Assembly: GCA_964016885.1 (NCBI GenBank)
Contig: OZ024741.1
Coordinates: 19,220,001 to 19,284,000, forward strand
Reading direction: 5' to 3'
Length of the DNA stretch: 64,000 bases
Source: Eledone cirrhosa
Taxonomy: Eukaryota
This document shows, in pieces, positions 14,340 through 27,342 of this stretch. The notes beneath the pieces were generated by a model. That model was not told the origin of the DNA, ran no database searches, and saw nothing but the letters and a program-made list of their open reading frames with translations. A program made the position numbers and the translations under genes. Position 1 is the first letter of the stretch, and every line of letters starts with the position of its first letter.

Positions 14340-14795
14340 AATAAGCACCGAGTCCACACTGTGAAGTAGTTATGTAGGTGACACAACAAAAAGCACCTAG
14401 TCCACACTGTAAAGTGGTTATGTAGATGTCATTACAATAAGCACCCAGCTCACATTGTAAACTGGCCGTGTAGCTGTCATAACAAAGAGCCCCCAGTACA
14501 CACTGTAAAGTGGTTGTGTAGGTGTCAAAACCAAAAGCACCCAATCCACACTGTAAAGTGGTCATGTAGATGATATGACAAAAAGCACCCAGCTTATACT
14601 GTAAAGTGGTCATGTAGGTGACAGGACAAAAAGCACCCAGCCGACACTGCAGCATTAGGAAGGGCATCCAGCTGTAGAAACGAAGCCAAAATCAGTTCTG
14701 TGTGAGCAAAACACGGTCCCCCAACCAGGCTGTCTCACAACGGGAGAACTTGTCTAACCCATGCTAGTGTGGAAAATGGACGGTAATCGGTGATG
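14340..14795 (+). mobile_element. SINE family 3 (RTE-like 3' tail) with internal ~49-bp tandem array
   Basis: AGCACCCAGTCCACACTGTAAAGTGGT.. repeated ~6 times, then AGGAAGGGCATCCAGCTGTAGAAAC..CTAACCCATGCTAG..GGAAAATGGACG. Other copies lie at about 11035-11235, 12340-12545, 20715-20995 and 21295-21460(-). Confidence 0.75.
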
Positions 14796-14879
14796 ATATA
14801 TACTTAATATTTCACATAAAAATGTAGAAACAAAATGCAAGAAAATATTAATTCAACACTGAGTCAATAAATTACACAC

Positions 14880-15540
14880 CATTAGGGGTGCCGGAGAATC
14901 TCTCTCATACTTTATAAGGCAAGCTAACATGCTCACAGCATTGCCACAGGTGATAGTGAAGCTATGATGCTAAAACTTTCAAGCACCCTTACCAGCATCA
15001 CCTGACACCTTGAAAAGGTGAGCTGCCAATGATGACAACAACTTTGTTGTTAGTGGCCCAGCTCCACCAAATGTCTCTATTCCACAGGCTGGAAAAAAAT
15101 AGTTTGCCAGTAATTCCCAGTATTTTCGAATCTTATTCCATTCAGCTATGGAGGCAGTGATCCTCTCATTTACTGCAGCATCCAGGATGTGGGAAAGAAC
15201 AAAAGTGTCACTGATTGTGGCATCCAAGATGAGATAGCTACCTCTTACCCAGAGATAAAGGGTAAGGCTGTCTAGTCTCTTCCAATCAACTCTGGACAAT
15301 CCCGCTGGCTCCAGAATTGAGGGAATATTTACCTGAGCTAGGGCACGTTTAATAATTAAGTTTACCTTGGTATGATGAGTGAAGCGACCAGCATTCAGAC
15401 AACAAGACAAACCATGAAGACCTGTGGAACCAAGGGGCCTACCACAGCAACATTTCAGTCCCTCACAGACATCGGCTCATATTCTGAACTCAATAGAGAG
15501 GTGAAGCTGACCCAGACTGAGTAGGCCGTCGATGTTGATA
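14880..15540 (-). mobile_element. CRE-clade non-LTR retrotransposon fragment (Zn-knuckle plus restriction-like endonuclease region), decayed
   Basis: HGLSCC..GRFTHHTKVNLIIKRALAQVNIPSILEPAGLSRVDWKRLDSLTL..DATISDT..GIETFG resembles the CRE RH..VN.II.RAL...EP.GL.R.DGKRPD motif. Confidence 0.75.
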
Positions 15541-15970
15541 ATGATAGGGCATCAACTCAGTCCCCCAAGAACTTTGCACTTGTGTAAAGTAGGTGACACC
15601 TTAAGATTTTGATCAGATTGATCAAGGAGAGAGAGAGGGTCGAAGATGTTTATCAAACGAAGATTGTCCCATACTCTCCATTTCAATCTATTCTCCTCTG
15701 TATTAGGAACTGACAAACCGAGTTCTCTCCACGGTAGTAGAACTTCACCCATCTCCCTGTTGGAACTAGTCCATGTTAGAAAGGAGAGGATGTTACTCAC
15801 CAAAGGGGAGTAAGCATGGATGGAGGACAGAAAGAAGGGAAGATACAGAGACAAGCATTTATACAGACCCGACTGACACACAATGTTGAATTAATATTTT
15901 ATATCATTTTGATTCTAGATTTTGAGGGAAATATTTATGTAATTAAGTACTATATATATTATTTGTGTGG

Positions 15971-16290
15971 GAAGGCACATGGCTTTGTGGTTAGGGTATT
16001 TGGGTCACAATTGTAAGGTTGTGAGTTTGAATCCCAGTGGCACGTTGTGTCCTTTAGCAAGACACTTTATTTCACATTGCTCCAGTCCTCTCAGCAGGCA
16101 AAAATAAGTTGTACCTGTAATTCAAAGGGCCAAACTTGTCACATTCTGTATCACGCTGAATCTCCCTGAGAACTACGTTAAGGGTACGTGTGTTTGTGGA
16201 ATGCTCAGCCACATGCATGATAATTTCACCAGCAGGTTGTTCTATTGATTGTATCAACTAGAACACTCATCATTGCAACCAACAATACCA
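15971..16290 (+). mobile_element. tRNA-derived SINE family 2 (V-domain-like GTGTCCTTGAGCAAGACACTT core)
   Basis: Head TGGCTT(A)GTGGTTAG..GAGTTYRAATCCC plus a conserved core. Copies lie at about 13762-13925, 21465-21630(-), 24450-24555(-), 58250-58360, 58800-59000, 62260-62490(-) and 62729-62850. Confidence 0.82.
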
Positions 16291-19200
16291 GTTAATATTA
16301 TATATATTATTATATATTATATATTATATATATTATTTGTGTGTATATTTTCATTCTGTAAGAATTATAAATAAACAAGACCCTTATATATATATTTTTT
16401 TAAAATTTATTTTCATTTTTTTTATTTAGAATATTTTATTTAAAAAAAATTAATTAAAGGAATAATTTTTATAAATATTGGGATCAGAAGAGAGAAAAAT
16501 ATTAAAGTATATACTTTTTATCCTTTTTTTAACCATATGAATCAACAAGTTTTGAAATAAAATCAACAAACAGGAAAAAGCCACAGAAAAAGCAAACAAT
16601 ATTCTTTTTTAAATCAAATATTTAGATATAATTAACACGTAGGAATCACATTGAAATAAATAAATATCATTATCATTATTATTAAAAAAGAAATAATAGT
16701 TATTCTTACTATTATCAGTAGCATTTTGCTGGAGGTGTGAGAGTGAAGCTACACCCCAAAAAATTGTTGCCAGAAAATTTTATTATTTTTGCCAGAAAAT
16801 TTTGTCATTTTAACCAGAAAATTTAATCATTTTTGCCAGAAAATTTAGTAATTTTTGTCAGAAAATTATGACCGTCTGCACCTCCCTCCCCCCAACAAAA
16901 AATGATAGGAGTTATATGATAATATTTTCATATTTTTTACAGTGCCATATTTTTTCCAAATTAACTCCCTTAAATGAGACAGATTGTAATTATCTCCCTT
17001 AGTTTTATTTATTTATTTTATGGAGGAGTTCTTCAAATTTTAGCAATCATGGGTTTGGGAAATTTCGCTGCTATTTCTAACAGGTTGAGTGATCACCATA
17101 GAGACACTTTCTTTGCCTCGAGTCTGGGACATTAAAAGTAAGTGTCTCTTTGCAGAGTGAAGTTGTTACATACAAGTAAGTAATTTTAAAAAATATTTTG
17201 TTAAGTAGAACTCCTATGAGTGTTACTCAAGTTGAGTGCTATTCATGTTGAGTGTTATAATACAGGGGCCAAGAAATTGGGAGATATTAAAGACAGCAAA
17301 TATCTCACACCTTATTGTTTATTATTAACAACCAAGAACAATCTTATTATATGTCATTTTACGTCCGCTTTTCCCTGCTTGCAAGGGTGGGACGGGTCTT
17401 ATTCAGCACAGTATATATATATATATATATATGCATTTGTGTATATATATATTTTTGTGTATGTAAGTATATATATATGCGTTTGTATATGTATGGATAT
17501 ATATATATATATGTGTGTGGGTGTGTGTGTGTGTGTCTTTATATATATATATATGTGTGAGTGTATGAGTTTTTGTGTTTTAATCTGAAATCACCCGTAT
17601 TTTATATTCAATAAAACTTTAGAAGATGAAAAAATAGAAGAAACAAATAAATTCATAAGCAAATTTTGTTTAGAGATTATTTTAAAAATAAACTTGTTTT
17701 TTAAGTTGAGCAGAAAGTCAGGTTTCTTGTGGTTGTGGTTAAATATATCTGTTTTTCTCAAATGAGGATTTGTGGCATTTATGCTTTATTGAAATGGTTC
17801 TAATCGAAGTTGAGCTCGAGTTTAAACTACTGGGAACAATAGGATCCCAGATAACAATTTTGTTAATAAGCTTGTTGCCATGCAACCAACAACCACCACT
17901 AATTATTAATTTTATTGTTATTATTCATAACACCTTTGTTCTGGCAGATGTTCGACCAACATTATACCAAAAGAGGGAACCATAACCAATGGCCAAAGGT
18001 CCTTTGGCTCATTCCTTCTCCTTCAACTTTCTAACACCCTCCTTAGAATTCTTGCTGTTCCTAACAAGGGTGCATAAAGTAGAAACAATTATTATAAAAG
18101 TGATGAAAGGAAAGATCTGAAGGTGACCTCCAGTTCCTCCCCCAAGTTTTAGCACCACACGGTTGAAATACACCAAAGAAAAAGAGGAAAAAAACACAAG
18201 ACAACAACATCTAATAATAATAATAATTGTTTCTACTTTAGGCACAAGGCCAACAATTTTTGCGGAGGGAAGGGAAGGTCGATTAAATAGACCCCAGTGT
18301 ATTACTGGTACTTTATTTTATCAACCCCATAAGGATGAAAGGCAAAGTTAACCTAGGTAGGATTTGAACTCAGATCGTAAAGAGCCGTACTTCTATACTG
18401 TAAAGCATGTTGTCCGACGCTCTACCGATTCTGCCAATCCACTGCCCTCAGTAATATAATAGCAACAACAACAAATGTAAACATTCGGTTGATTTACAAA
18501 GAGTGGGAAAATTTGAAATTTAAAAATGTAGTCCTCCCATTGCAGATAACTATAATAATAGCTGACTATCAACTATTATTATAGTTATTTGCATTGAAAC
18601 TACTATATTTTTCAAATAATAATAAAGCTATATAATTTGATTAAGAAGAATTATCTGGAAAGTTCTTGAGACAAAATGTGGGAAAAGTTAGGATCAGTAT
18701 AGAATAGGGTTTTTCAAACACATAGCCCACAAAACTACTTCCCAATGGCTCACAGCTGAACATTTTTCATCATCATCGCCATTTAATGTCCATTTTCCAC
18801 ACTAGTATAGGTTATACGAGTTGTCCTGTTGTTAGACAAATCAGATGACTGTGTCTTGCTCTCACAATTATTAGGTTCCAGGTTCAGTCCCTCTACATGG
18901 CATCTTGGTGCCTATCATTTGCCATATCCTTGAGAATGTACATAAGCAAGATGACATCCCTGGCCTACCTGGGAGATCGGTAAATCTGCCTCAGCACTGA
19001 CTTAGTCTCTGTAGACCCGTGTAACTCTTCTGACTAATATTTTCCTAAATATAATAATATTGTAATTTACCCATGAAATACAGGAAAAAAAATAGAATTT
19101 ATCAAAAGTGAAAACAGGGAATGGAATTTACTAGGATAGAGTGGCCTGTTTGAAAAATATATTGCAGTCTCCATTTTGTGTCATGTATGTTTTTATGTTG

Positions 19201-19386
19201 ATGCTTATGGCAATATTTTTATCCCTGAAGAAATTGAGGTACGGACAGCTGTTATACATTGTAACGTATGTAGAGTAAAATTATGTTATAAGTCTGAATT
19301 GGTTATTCACTCTCAATTTATTATATATATATATATATGTATACATTCATATATACATAAACACACACACACACATATATATATAC

Positions 19387-19419
<33 letters not shown>

Positions 19420-19438
19420 TATATACATATATATATAA

Positions 19439-19469
<31 letters not shown>

Positions 19470-19597
19470 AAACAAAGAAGAAGTGGTAAGATACCAAGTG
19501 GACCATAATGCACCAGAGTACTCAATAATGAGGTAAGTTCAGATCTAGCTGTCAAAATGGCCGGAGCTCAGCCCTCAGGGTCCTGAAGCTTTTCATA

Positions 19598-19662
<65 letters not shown>

Positions 19663-19666
<4 letters not shown>

Positions 19667-19859
19667 GTAGAACACTGGAAGGTAATATCTGTAGTGGTAG
19701 AGCACTCAGTCCAAGGGACGAGTTAGGTAGAAGTGGTTACACAACAGTTAGTTTACCATACTGAGAACAATTGTTTCACCTTAGCGGATCCTCATCTGAG
19801 AATCCGCTAAGGTGATACAATTGTTCTCAGTATGGTGAACTAACTGTTGTGTAACCACT

Positions 19860-19862
<3 letters not shown>
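19663..19862. mobile_element. Fold-back element family B, second copy (66-bp arms, 19729-19862)
   Basis: Same sequence as 11261-11497, but folded at 19795-19796, i.e. inside the CTGAnGA core position. Confidence 0.85.
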
Positions 19863-19935
<73 letters not shown>

Positions 19936-20062
19936 CATATAATAATTGGTTCCCTTGACATTGCATTATCTATTAAGGAGAGATTACTCTCTTGTTGCAA
20001 TTTGTTGCCGACAGCATGCTGAAGATTATATTAGTATATATGTATATGTGTATATATATATA

Positions 20063-20150
<88 letters not shown>

Positions 20151-20169
20151 TATAATTCGTTACAACAGT

Positions 20170-20213
<44 letters not shown>

Positions 20214-20214
<1 letters not shown>

Positions 20215-20630
20215 CAATGTTACATGGCAGTGAGACCTGGGCATTGTGTGCAGAGGATATACGCAGACTGGAGAGGAACGAAGCTTGCATGCTCCGCTGG
20301 ATGTGTAATAGTAATATACGTGAACGGCAAAGCATAAACGAACTAAGGGAGAAATTAGGAATAAGAGGGATCAGATGTTGTTTACTCGAGAGAAGACTAC
20401 GTTGGTACGGTCACGTGATGCGCATGAAAGACGACAGCTGTATAAAAGAGTGCAGGGTAATAAAAATAGACGGTAGCCATGGAGTAGGCAGACCCAGAAA
20501 AACCTGGGACGACTTGATAAATTCCGACCTCACACACGTACACCTCTCCAAGACAATGTTACTGGACCAAAATCTTTGGCGCTACACAGTTATAGAGAAG
20601 ACCCGCCTTGCCTAAGTACAAAGCGAAACC
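20214..20630 (+). mobile_element. RTE-clade LINE, 5'-truncated ORF C-terminus
   Basis: [10 protein letters not shown]...[14 protein letters not shown]...[12 protein letters not shown]...GRPRKTWDD is a canonical RTE C-terminal domain. It starts directly after (TA)n. Confidence 0.9.
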
Positions 20631-21057
20631 TACAGTCAGTAGGCATCTCTTAACCAAAATACACCCCCGTCCCACTACCCCCACCCCATCCACATCACCC
20701 CCTAAAATGTGAAATTATGTTGGTACCACAACATCCAGTCCGCAACAAATGAGGTCGTGTAGGTGTTATGACAAAAAAAACACACAGTCCATGCTGTAAT
20801 GTGGCCGTGTAGGTAACACGGTAAAAACCTCCCAGTCCACACTGTAAACGTGGTTGGTGTTAGGAAGGGCATCCAGCCGTAGAAAACCCGCCAGACAGTC
20901 CTGAGGAAGACAACCAATCTTGCCTCAAGTGGACAATTCCCATCCAGACCCATGCTAGTGTGGAAAATGGACGTTAAACGATGATGATGATGATAACACA
21001 TATATATATAAGTAAGTATGTTTTGAAACAGTGAGCAGGTTTGAAATTAGAAAATAG

Positions 21058-21229
21058 AATAGCTTTCACCGTACTTTTCAACTAAAGAAGTTTAAGTCTG
21101 ATAATGGGGTTTAGAACCCTCAGATAAATGGAAAAAGATGAGTCAATACTCATCTTTTTCCATTTATCTGAGGGTTCTAAACCCCATTATCAGACTAAAA
21201 TTTCTTTAGTTGAAAAGTACGGTAAAAGC

Positions 21230-21233
<4 letters not shown>
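21058..21233. repeat. ~86-bp-arm inverted repeat (fold-back element) abutting (TA)n
   Basis: AATAGCTTTCACCGTACTTTTCAAC...GATGAGT is paired with ACTCATC...GTTGAAAAGTACGGTAAAAGCTATT, with few mismatches. Confidence 0.9.
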
Positions 21234-21269
<36 letters not shown>

Positions 21270-21788
21270 CATTACAACAGTGACATATTCATTTCATTTC
21301 ATTTTACATTCGCTATTTCCCTGCTTGCAAGGGTGGGACTGGAACTGATTTTGGCTTGATTTCTACAGCTGGATGCCTTTCCTAACACCAACCTCATTTA
21401 CAGTGAGTGGTGGGTGTTTTTTTGCCGTGGCACCTCCATGACCACTTTGCAGTGGAATGATATGGACCCCAGTCCCTATCATCTCATTTCTACAGCTGAG
21501 TAAACTGAAGCAATGTGAAATAAAGTGTCTTGCTCAAGGAAACAACACATCACCCGGTCTGAGAATTGAACTCACAACCTTTCGATTGCAAGGCCAAGGC
21601 CAATGCTCTAACCACTAAGCCATGTGCTTCCATATAGATATATGTCGCTGTTGTAACTAATTATATATATATTTGTTTGCTGAAAATAGAAGTAAGTGAC
21701 ACTGTCACTACTTTAAAACAATAGCTGAAGGTCTTCAAAATGGTTTTAATTAAGCATACAGTGTATTGCCAATTACACTATATATACA

Positions 21789-21828
<40 letters not shown>

Positions 21829-21921
21829 GTTACAACAGTGACATATATATATATATACATTCATATATATATATATAATTCGTTTCAAGAGTGACATATA
21901 TACATACATATATATATATAT

Positions 21922-22121
21922 AACAAAGGAATTGTGGTTAGGAACCAGATGAACCATAACGCACCAGAGTACTCAATACTTAGGGTAGTAGAGTGGGAAA
22001 TAGGAAAAAGTATGACTTCGACGGCAGAGCTCAAGCCGTTTCGACGGCTATTTCTGGACTAGCTGTCGAAATAGCCGTCGAAACGGCTTGAGCTCTGCCG
22101 TCAGGGTCTACTTTTTCCTAT
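21922..22121. mobile_element. Fold-back element family C (hairpin 22000-22121) with hammerhead 3'-half
   Basis: Inverted arms containing GAAA-CGGC-TTGAGCTCT-GCCG-TC. Siblings lie at 19470-19596 and 59912-60080. All three end in (TA)n. Confidence 0.8.
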
Positions 22122-22128
22122 ATATATA

Positions 22129-22191
<63 letters not shown>

Positions 22192-22442
22192 CGTTACAAC
22201 AGTGACATATATATATATATATATAATTCGTTACAACAGTGACATATACAGGTACTTCTGTATCGTTAGGTTCTTCACTCCAAGTCATTCATTTATTTTT
22301 ATCTATTTTTATAACTGAATGAGTTGAGGTGTATAACCTAATGATACTTAAATACCTGCATATGTCACTGTTGGAACTATATGTAACTTGTCCTATAGAC
22401 TGAGTACTCTTACCTTTGGATATTTCTACCAAACCTTTACTA

Positions 22443-22475
<33 letters not shown>

Positions 22476-22722
22476 AGAATATATATATATATGTTGTTAT
22501 GCTTTAAGAGGGTCATATTTGCCCTTTTATTGGCAACATGACCCTCCCAAAGTATAGCAATATCTGTTTCAACACATGTTTTCAGATAAGAAATTTCGAA
22601 AACAAATTCAAAAACGAATATATATATATGAAAGGTAAACAGAAATAACAACACAATCGGTACAGTATATGGAAGGGATATATTAGGTTAACACTTGATA
22701 TCTTGATATAGCAGGAACATGG

Positions 22723-22758
22723 TCTTAACGTTTTGGACGCTAGTCCTTCATCAGAAGA
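22723..22758 (-). ncRNA. Degenerate minimal hammerhead ribozyme (G12>A)
   Basis: Minus strand reads TCTT-CTGATGA-A-GGAC-TAGC-GTCC-AAAA-CG-TT-AAGA. Stems I and II pair, but GAAA is mutated to AAAA. Confidence 0.65.
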
Positions 22759-23282
22759 AAGAATGAGAAATAAGATTGAGGGGACGGGTGGGTTGGAATT
22801 GGAAAAAATGTCCTTAGATAAAAATAACAGGTCCATTCATATTGACATCTCTTGCAAAACTATTCACACACGCATATATATATATACTGTAGTAAAGGTT
22901 TGGCAAACATAACCCTCCCAAAGTATAACAATATATATATATATATATATATTCATGCACACACACATATATGCATGTTGACTTACATGTTTAAAAATGT
23001 ATGTCTGCAAGGAACATTTTGTGTGATGGGAATTTGGTTTGTTGTAGGTTAAAACTGTATCAGAATGAAATATGTCTTAATTCTCTGGAAGACAGAATTG
23101 TCAAATATGTGCGATGTGTGCGACTTTTAAAGTAGAACAGTGTAAATGACAGGCTATAGTCGCCCACATATATACAGAAGATTTGAAAAAACAACAAAAA
23201 AGAAAATTTACAGCTTATGGGGGGGGGGGGGGGGGCTTCATGGGTGTTTTAGTAGTTGGGGACCCCAGAACTGCCATTTTGT

Positions 23283-24388
23283 TGTTGTTACAGCTCACAT
23301 CTATGTAGATCTAGCTGGACTCCTACATGTGTATAACTTATAGGAGGTTTCTTGGGTGGTTTATAGGGGTTCTCTAGTACTATCATGCTGTTGTTACAGC
23401 TCACATCTATGTAAGTTTAGCTGGACTCCTACATGTGTATAACTTATAGGAGGTTTCTTGGGTGGTTTATAGGGGTTCTCTAGTACTATCATGCTGTTGT
23501 TACAGCTCACATCTATGTAAGTTTAGCTGGGCTCCTACATGTGTGTAACTTATAGGAGGTTTCTTGGGTGGTTTATAGGGGTTCTCTAGTACTATCATGC
23601 TGTTGTTACAGCTCACATCTATGTAAGTTTAGCTGGACTCCTACATGTGTATAACTTATAGGAGGTTTCTTGGGTGGTTTATAGGGGTTCTCTAGTACTA
23701 TCATGCTGTTGTTACAGCTCACACCTATGTAAGTTTAGCTGGGCTCCTACATGTGTGTAACTTATAGGAGGTTTCTTGGGTGGTTTATAGGGGTTCTCTA
23801 GTACTATCATGCTGTTGTTACAGCTCACGTCTATGTAAGTTTAGCTGGGCTCCTACATGTGTGTAACTTATAGGAGGTTTCTTGGGTGGTTTATAGGGGT
23901 TCTCTAGTACTATCATGCTGTTGTTACAGCTCACACCTATGTAGGTCTAGCTGGGCTCCTACATGTGTGTAACTTATAGGAGGTTTCTTGGGTGGTTTAT
24001 AGGGGTTCTCTAGTACTATCATGCTGTTGTTACAGCTCACACCTATGTAGGTCTAGCTGGGCTCCTACATGTGTGTAACTTATAGGAGGTTTCTTGGGTG
24101 GTTTATAGGGGTTCTCTAGTACTATCATGCTGTTGTTACAGCTCACATCTATGTAGGTCTAGCTGGGCTCCTACATGTGTGTAACTTATAGGAGGTTTCT
24201 TGGGTGGTTTATAGGGGTTCGCTAGTACTATCATGCTGTTGTTACAGCTCACATCTATGTAAGTTTAGCTGGGCTCCTACATGTGTGTAACTTATAGGAG
24301 GTTTCTTGGGTGGTTTATAGGGGTTCTCTAGTACTATCATGCTGTTGTTACAGCTCACGTCTATGTAGGTCTAGCTGGGCTCCTACAA
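23283..24388. repeat. 106-bp tandem repeat, ~10.4 copies
   Basis: TGTTGTTACAGCTCACATCTATGTA..CTCCTACATGTGTRTAACTTATAGGAG..CTAGTACTATCATGC recurs every 106 bp. Confidence 0.96.
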
Positions 24389-24780
24389 GCTTGTATCACA
24401 TAGAGGGCTTCCTCAATGTTAATAATTGGGGCCTCCAGTATTATCATAAAAACAAAATGAAATGAAGCATCTTGCTCAAAAACATAACACACCACCCAGG
24501 GAACTGAACCCATGGTCCTATGATTGTCAGTTCAACACCCTAACCACTAGGCCACACACACAAACTAGGCCAAGTTTTTCTTGCTGTTTTTGTTTTTATT
24601 GTTTTTTTTTTGTTTTTTTTTCCTAATGGATTTTTTAAAATACAATATTTTTGTATTTAATTTAAATTTAAAAAGAATATTTTTGTGGGGACAAATTCCA
24701 AACTTTTTTTTTTCATTCTGTGCATTTGAAAATTTAATAAAAATGTTGAAGAAAATAAAAATATATCAAAGGCAAGAATG

Positions 24781-24827
<47 letters not shown>

Positions 24828-25194
24828 GATGCATGTGTGAGTATGTATGTTCTTTCTTGAACATGGCGGACCTTGTTGTCTCTTGAGGTCACTGGTTGTG
24901 ACTTGGTGATAACTCGTATGAACATAAAACAAGATAAATGCAGCTGTAATAATAATAATAATAATGCTTTCTTATATAGGAACAAGGCCAGCAATTTTTG
25001 GGGAGGGGAAAGTCGATTAAATCGACTCCAGTGCGAAACTGGTACTTTATTTTATCGACCCTCTAAAGATGAAAGGAAAAGGTAACCTCAGCAGAATTTG
25101 AACTCAGAACGTAAAGGGCCATAACTCTATGCTGCAAAGCATGGTGTCTGACGCTCTTCCAATACTGCCAATACACCACCCTAATAACATTAAC

Positions 25195-25244
<50 letters not shown>

Positions 25245-25588
25245 TTTCATTTATTGGCCACAAGGGCCGACATGTAGGGGACAATACAAAGACCCGGACT
25301 GTGGGGGTTTACAATAAGATTAACTTTGCCTTTCATCCTTACGAAGTCGATAAAATAAAGTACCAGTAATACACTGGGTAATTGCTGGCCTTGTACCTAA
25401 TGTAGAAACAATTATTATTATTATTATTGATAACCTCATAACCATCATCACCATCATCAACAATATCAATAGTAAAGCATTAAAAACAACAATAGCAACA
25501 ATAACAATATTGAAATAATTTGAATAAATTATGGTACTTTTTCAGATTTTCTTCATCTTGAGCACACAATCTACTTCCTATTCCCTAA

Positions 25589-25636
25589 CCCTATATTTCT
25601 GATACTATTGTTTACAATAGTATCAGAAATATAGGG
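25589..25636. repeat. Perfect 23-bp hairpin, 2-nt loop
   Basis: CCCTATATTTCTGATACTATTGT-TT-ACAATAGTATCAGAAATATAGGG. Confidence 0.93.
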
Positions 25637-26693
25637 GATTGACTTAACAACAGTATATTACTGGTACTTATAACATTTCTCTCAGTACTAGCCCCTTATA
25701 TTTTATAACCCCCCTTCCCATCACATTATCTTGGGAGAAATTATTGCAGTAGTTCTTAGCCTGGGGTCTGTGGACACCTCAAGATCTGCAGAGGTGGTAC
25801 AGAGAGTCCATAAGTTAAGTTAAGTTCATGTAGTGTGGAAGAAAACACAGTATACACACATTATTGCATATTCTTCTGCAAGTATAAATATTTCTCTCTT
25901 GTTATTCTCCCAACATAACAATTATAAACATAATATATATAATATACACTATTTGGTAAGCATTCTTCTCTAAATATAAACATATCTCCATTTCAGTGAC
26001 ATTGTTATGGACATATACACACTGTTGGGTAACTGTTCTTCTCTCAGTATAAACATATCTCCATTTCAGTGACATTGTTATGGACATATACACACTGCTG
26101 GGTAACTGTTCTTCTCTCAGTATAAACAATTCTTTCTTATGATAGGTATTCTCACAGTATAACAATTTATTGTTATAGACATTATATACACACATTATTA
26201 TGTATTCATCCTTACGGGGTCGATAAAATAAAGTACCAGTAATGCACTGGGATAATTGCTGGCCTTGTGCCAATAGTAGAAACAATTATTATGTATTCAT
26301 TCTTCTCTAAACATAAACATATCTCCACTTCGATTATTTTTATCACTGGATAACAATTTCAAATAAATAGTTGTAAACAAAATATACACATAGACTATTG
26401 GGTATATGTTCATCTCTAAACATAACATTTCTCTCTTGCAATAGTTACTCAATTCAAATACATTGTTATAAACGTAATATACACTCACTATCCATTCTTA
26501 TATTGATATAAACATTTCTCAATGTTGGTTGTTATTCTCCCAGTATAACAATTTCAAGTACATTGTTAAAACCATATTACACACACACTATTAAGTATCT
26601 ATTCTTCTCTCAGTATAACATCCCTCTCCTATATTATTATACAACAATCTGGGAAGCGAGTAACTGTAGTAAGCAGTTAATAGGAAAATTCAT

Positions 26694-26933
26694 TTAACCC
26701 TTTCATGACCACATTTCTAATGGAATACACTCTATTTCAATTAATTAATGAAGAATTTAGAGGGTTTTATTAAAATTATTAATTACTTCATTACTAAAAT
26801 AGTAACTTAATGTAAGGTTCTTATATAAAATTATGTTGGAAGATTTTAATTTAAATTGGAAACCTTTAATATGGGCGAGTTTATTTCATAGAACCAGGGC
26901 TGGTTTTGGTCAGGTTGGTAACTAAAGGGTTAG
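26694..26933. mobile_element. piggyBac-like MITE
   Basis: TTAA-CCCTTTCATGACC ... GGTAACTAAAGGG-TTAG. The internal sequence is shared with 6820-7120 and 13241-13400. Confidence 0.65.
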
Positions 26934-27151
26934 AACTAGAGCTGATTTTGGCCATGTGGATAACCAAACGGTTTAATAGAAGATATCTTTGGAAGAGAAA
27001 AGGTTGGGTACCACTGAAGTAGAGGAAGGTTATAAGATAAACTCAAGAAAGGTTTAACCCATAGCCTGCAACTGCATAGTTGTCTCCCCTTATTGACGTG
27101 TCTTTGTCCTGATAGATTATATATATATATATATATATTTTTGTATATATG

Positions 27152-27182
<31 letters not shown>

Positions 27183-27285
27183 ATATACATATAGTTCAAT
27201 CACCAGCAGCAGTGATCGAACTTTGTGGAGAGAGATATCACATGTTGATGTGCAATCTGCAACTGGCAGAGTTTAGCTTCACAAA

Positions 27286-27342
<57 letters not shown>

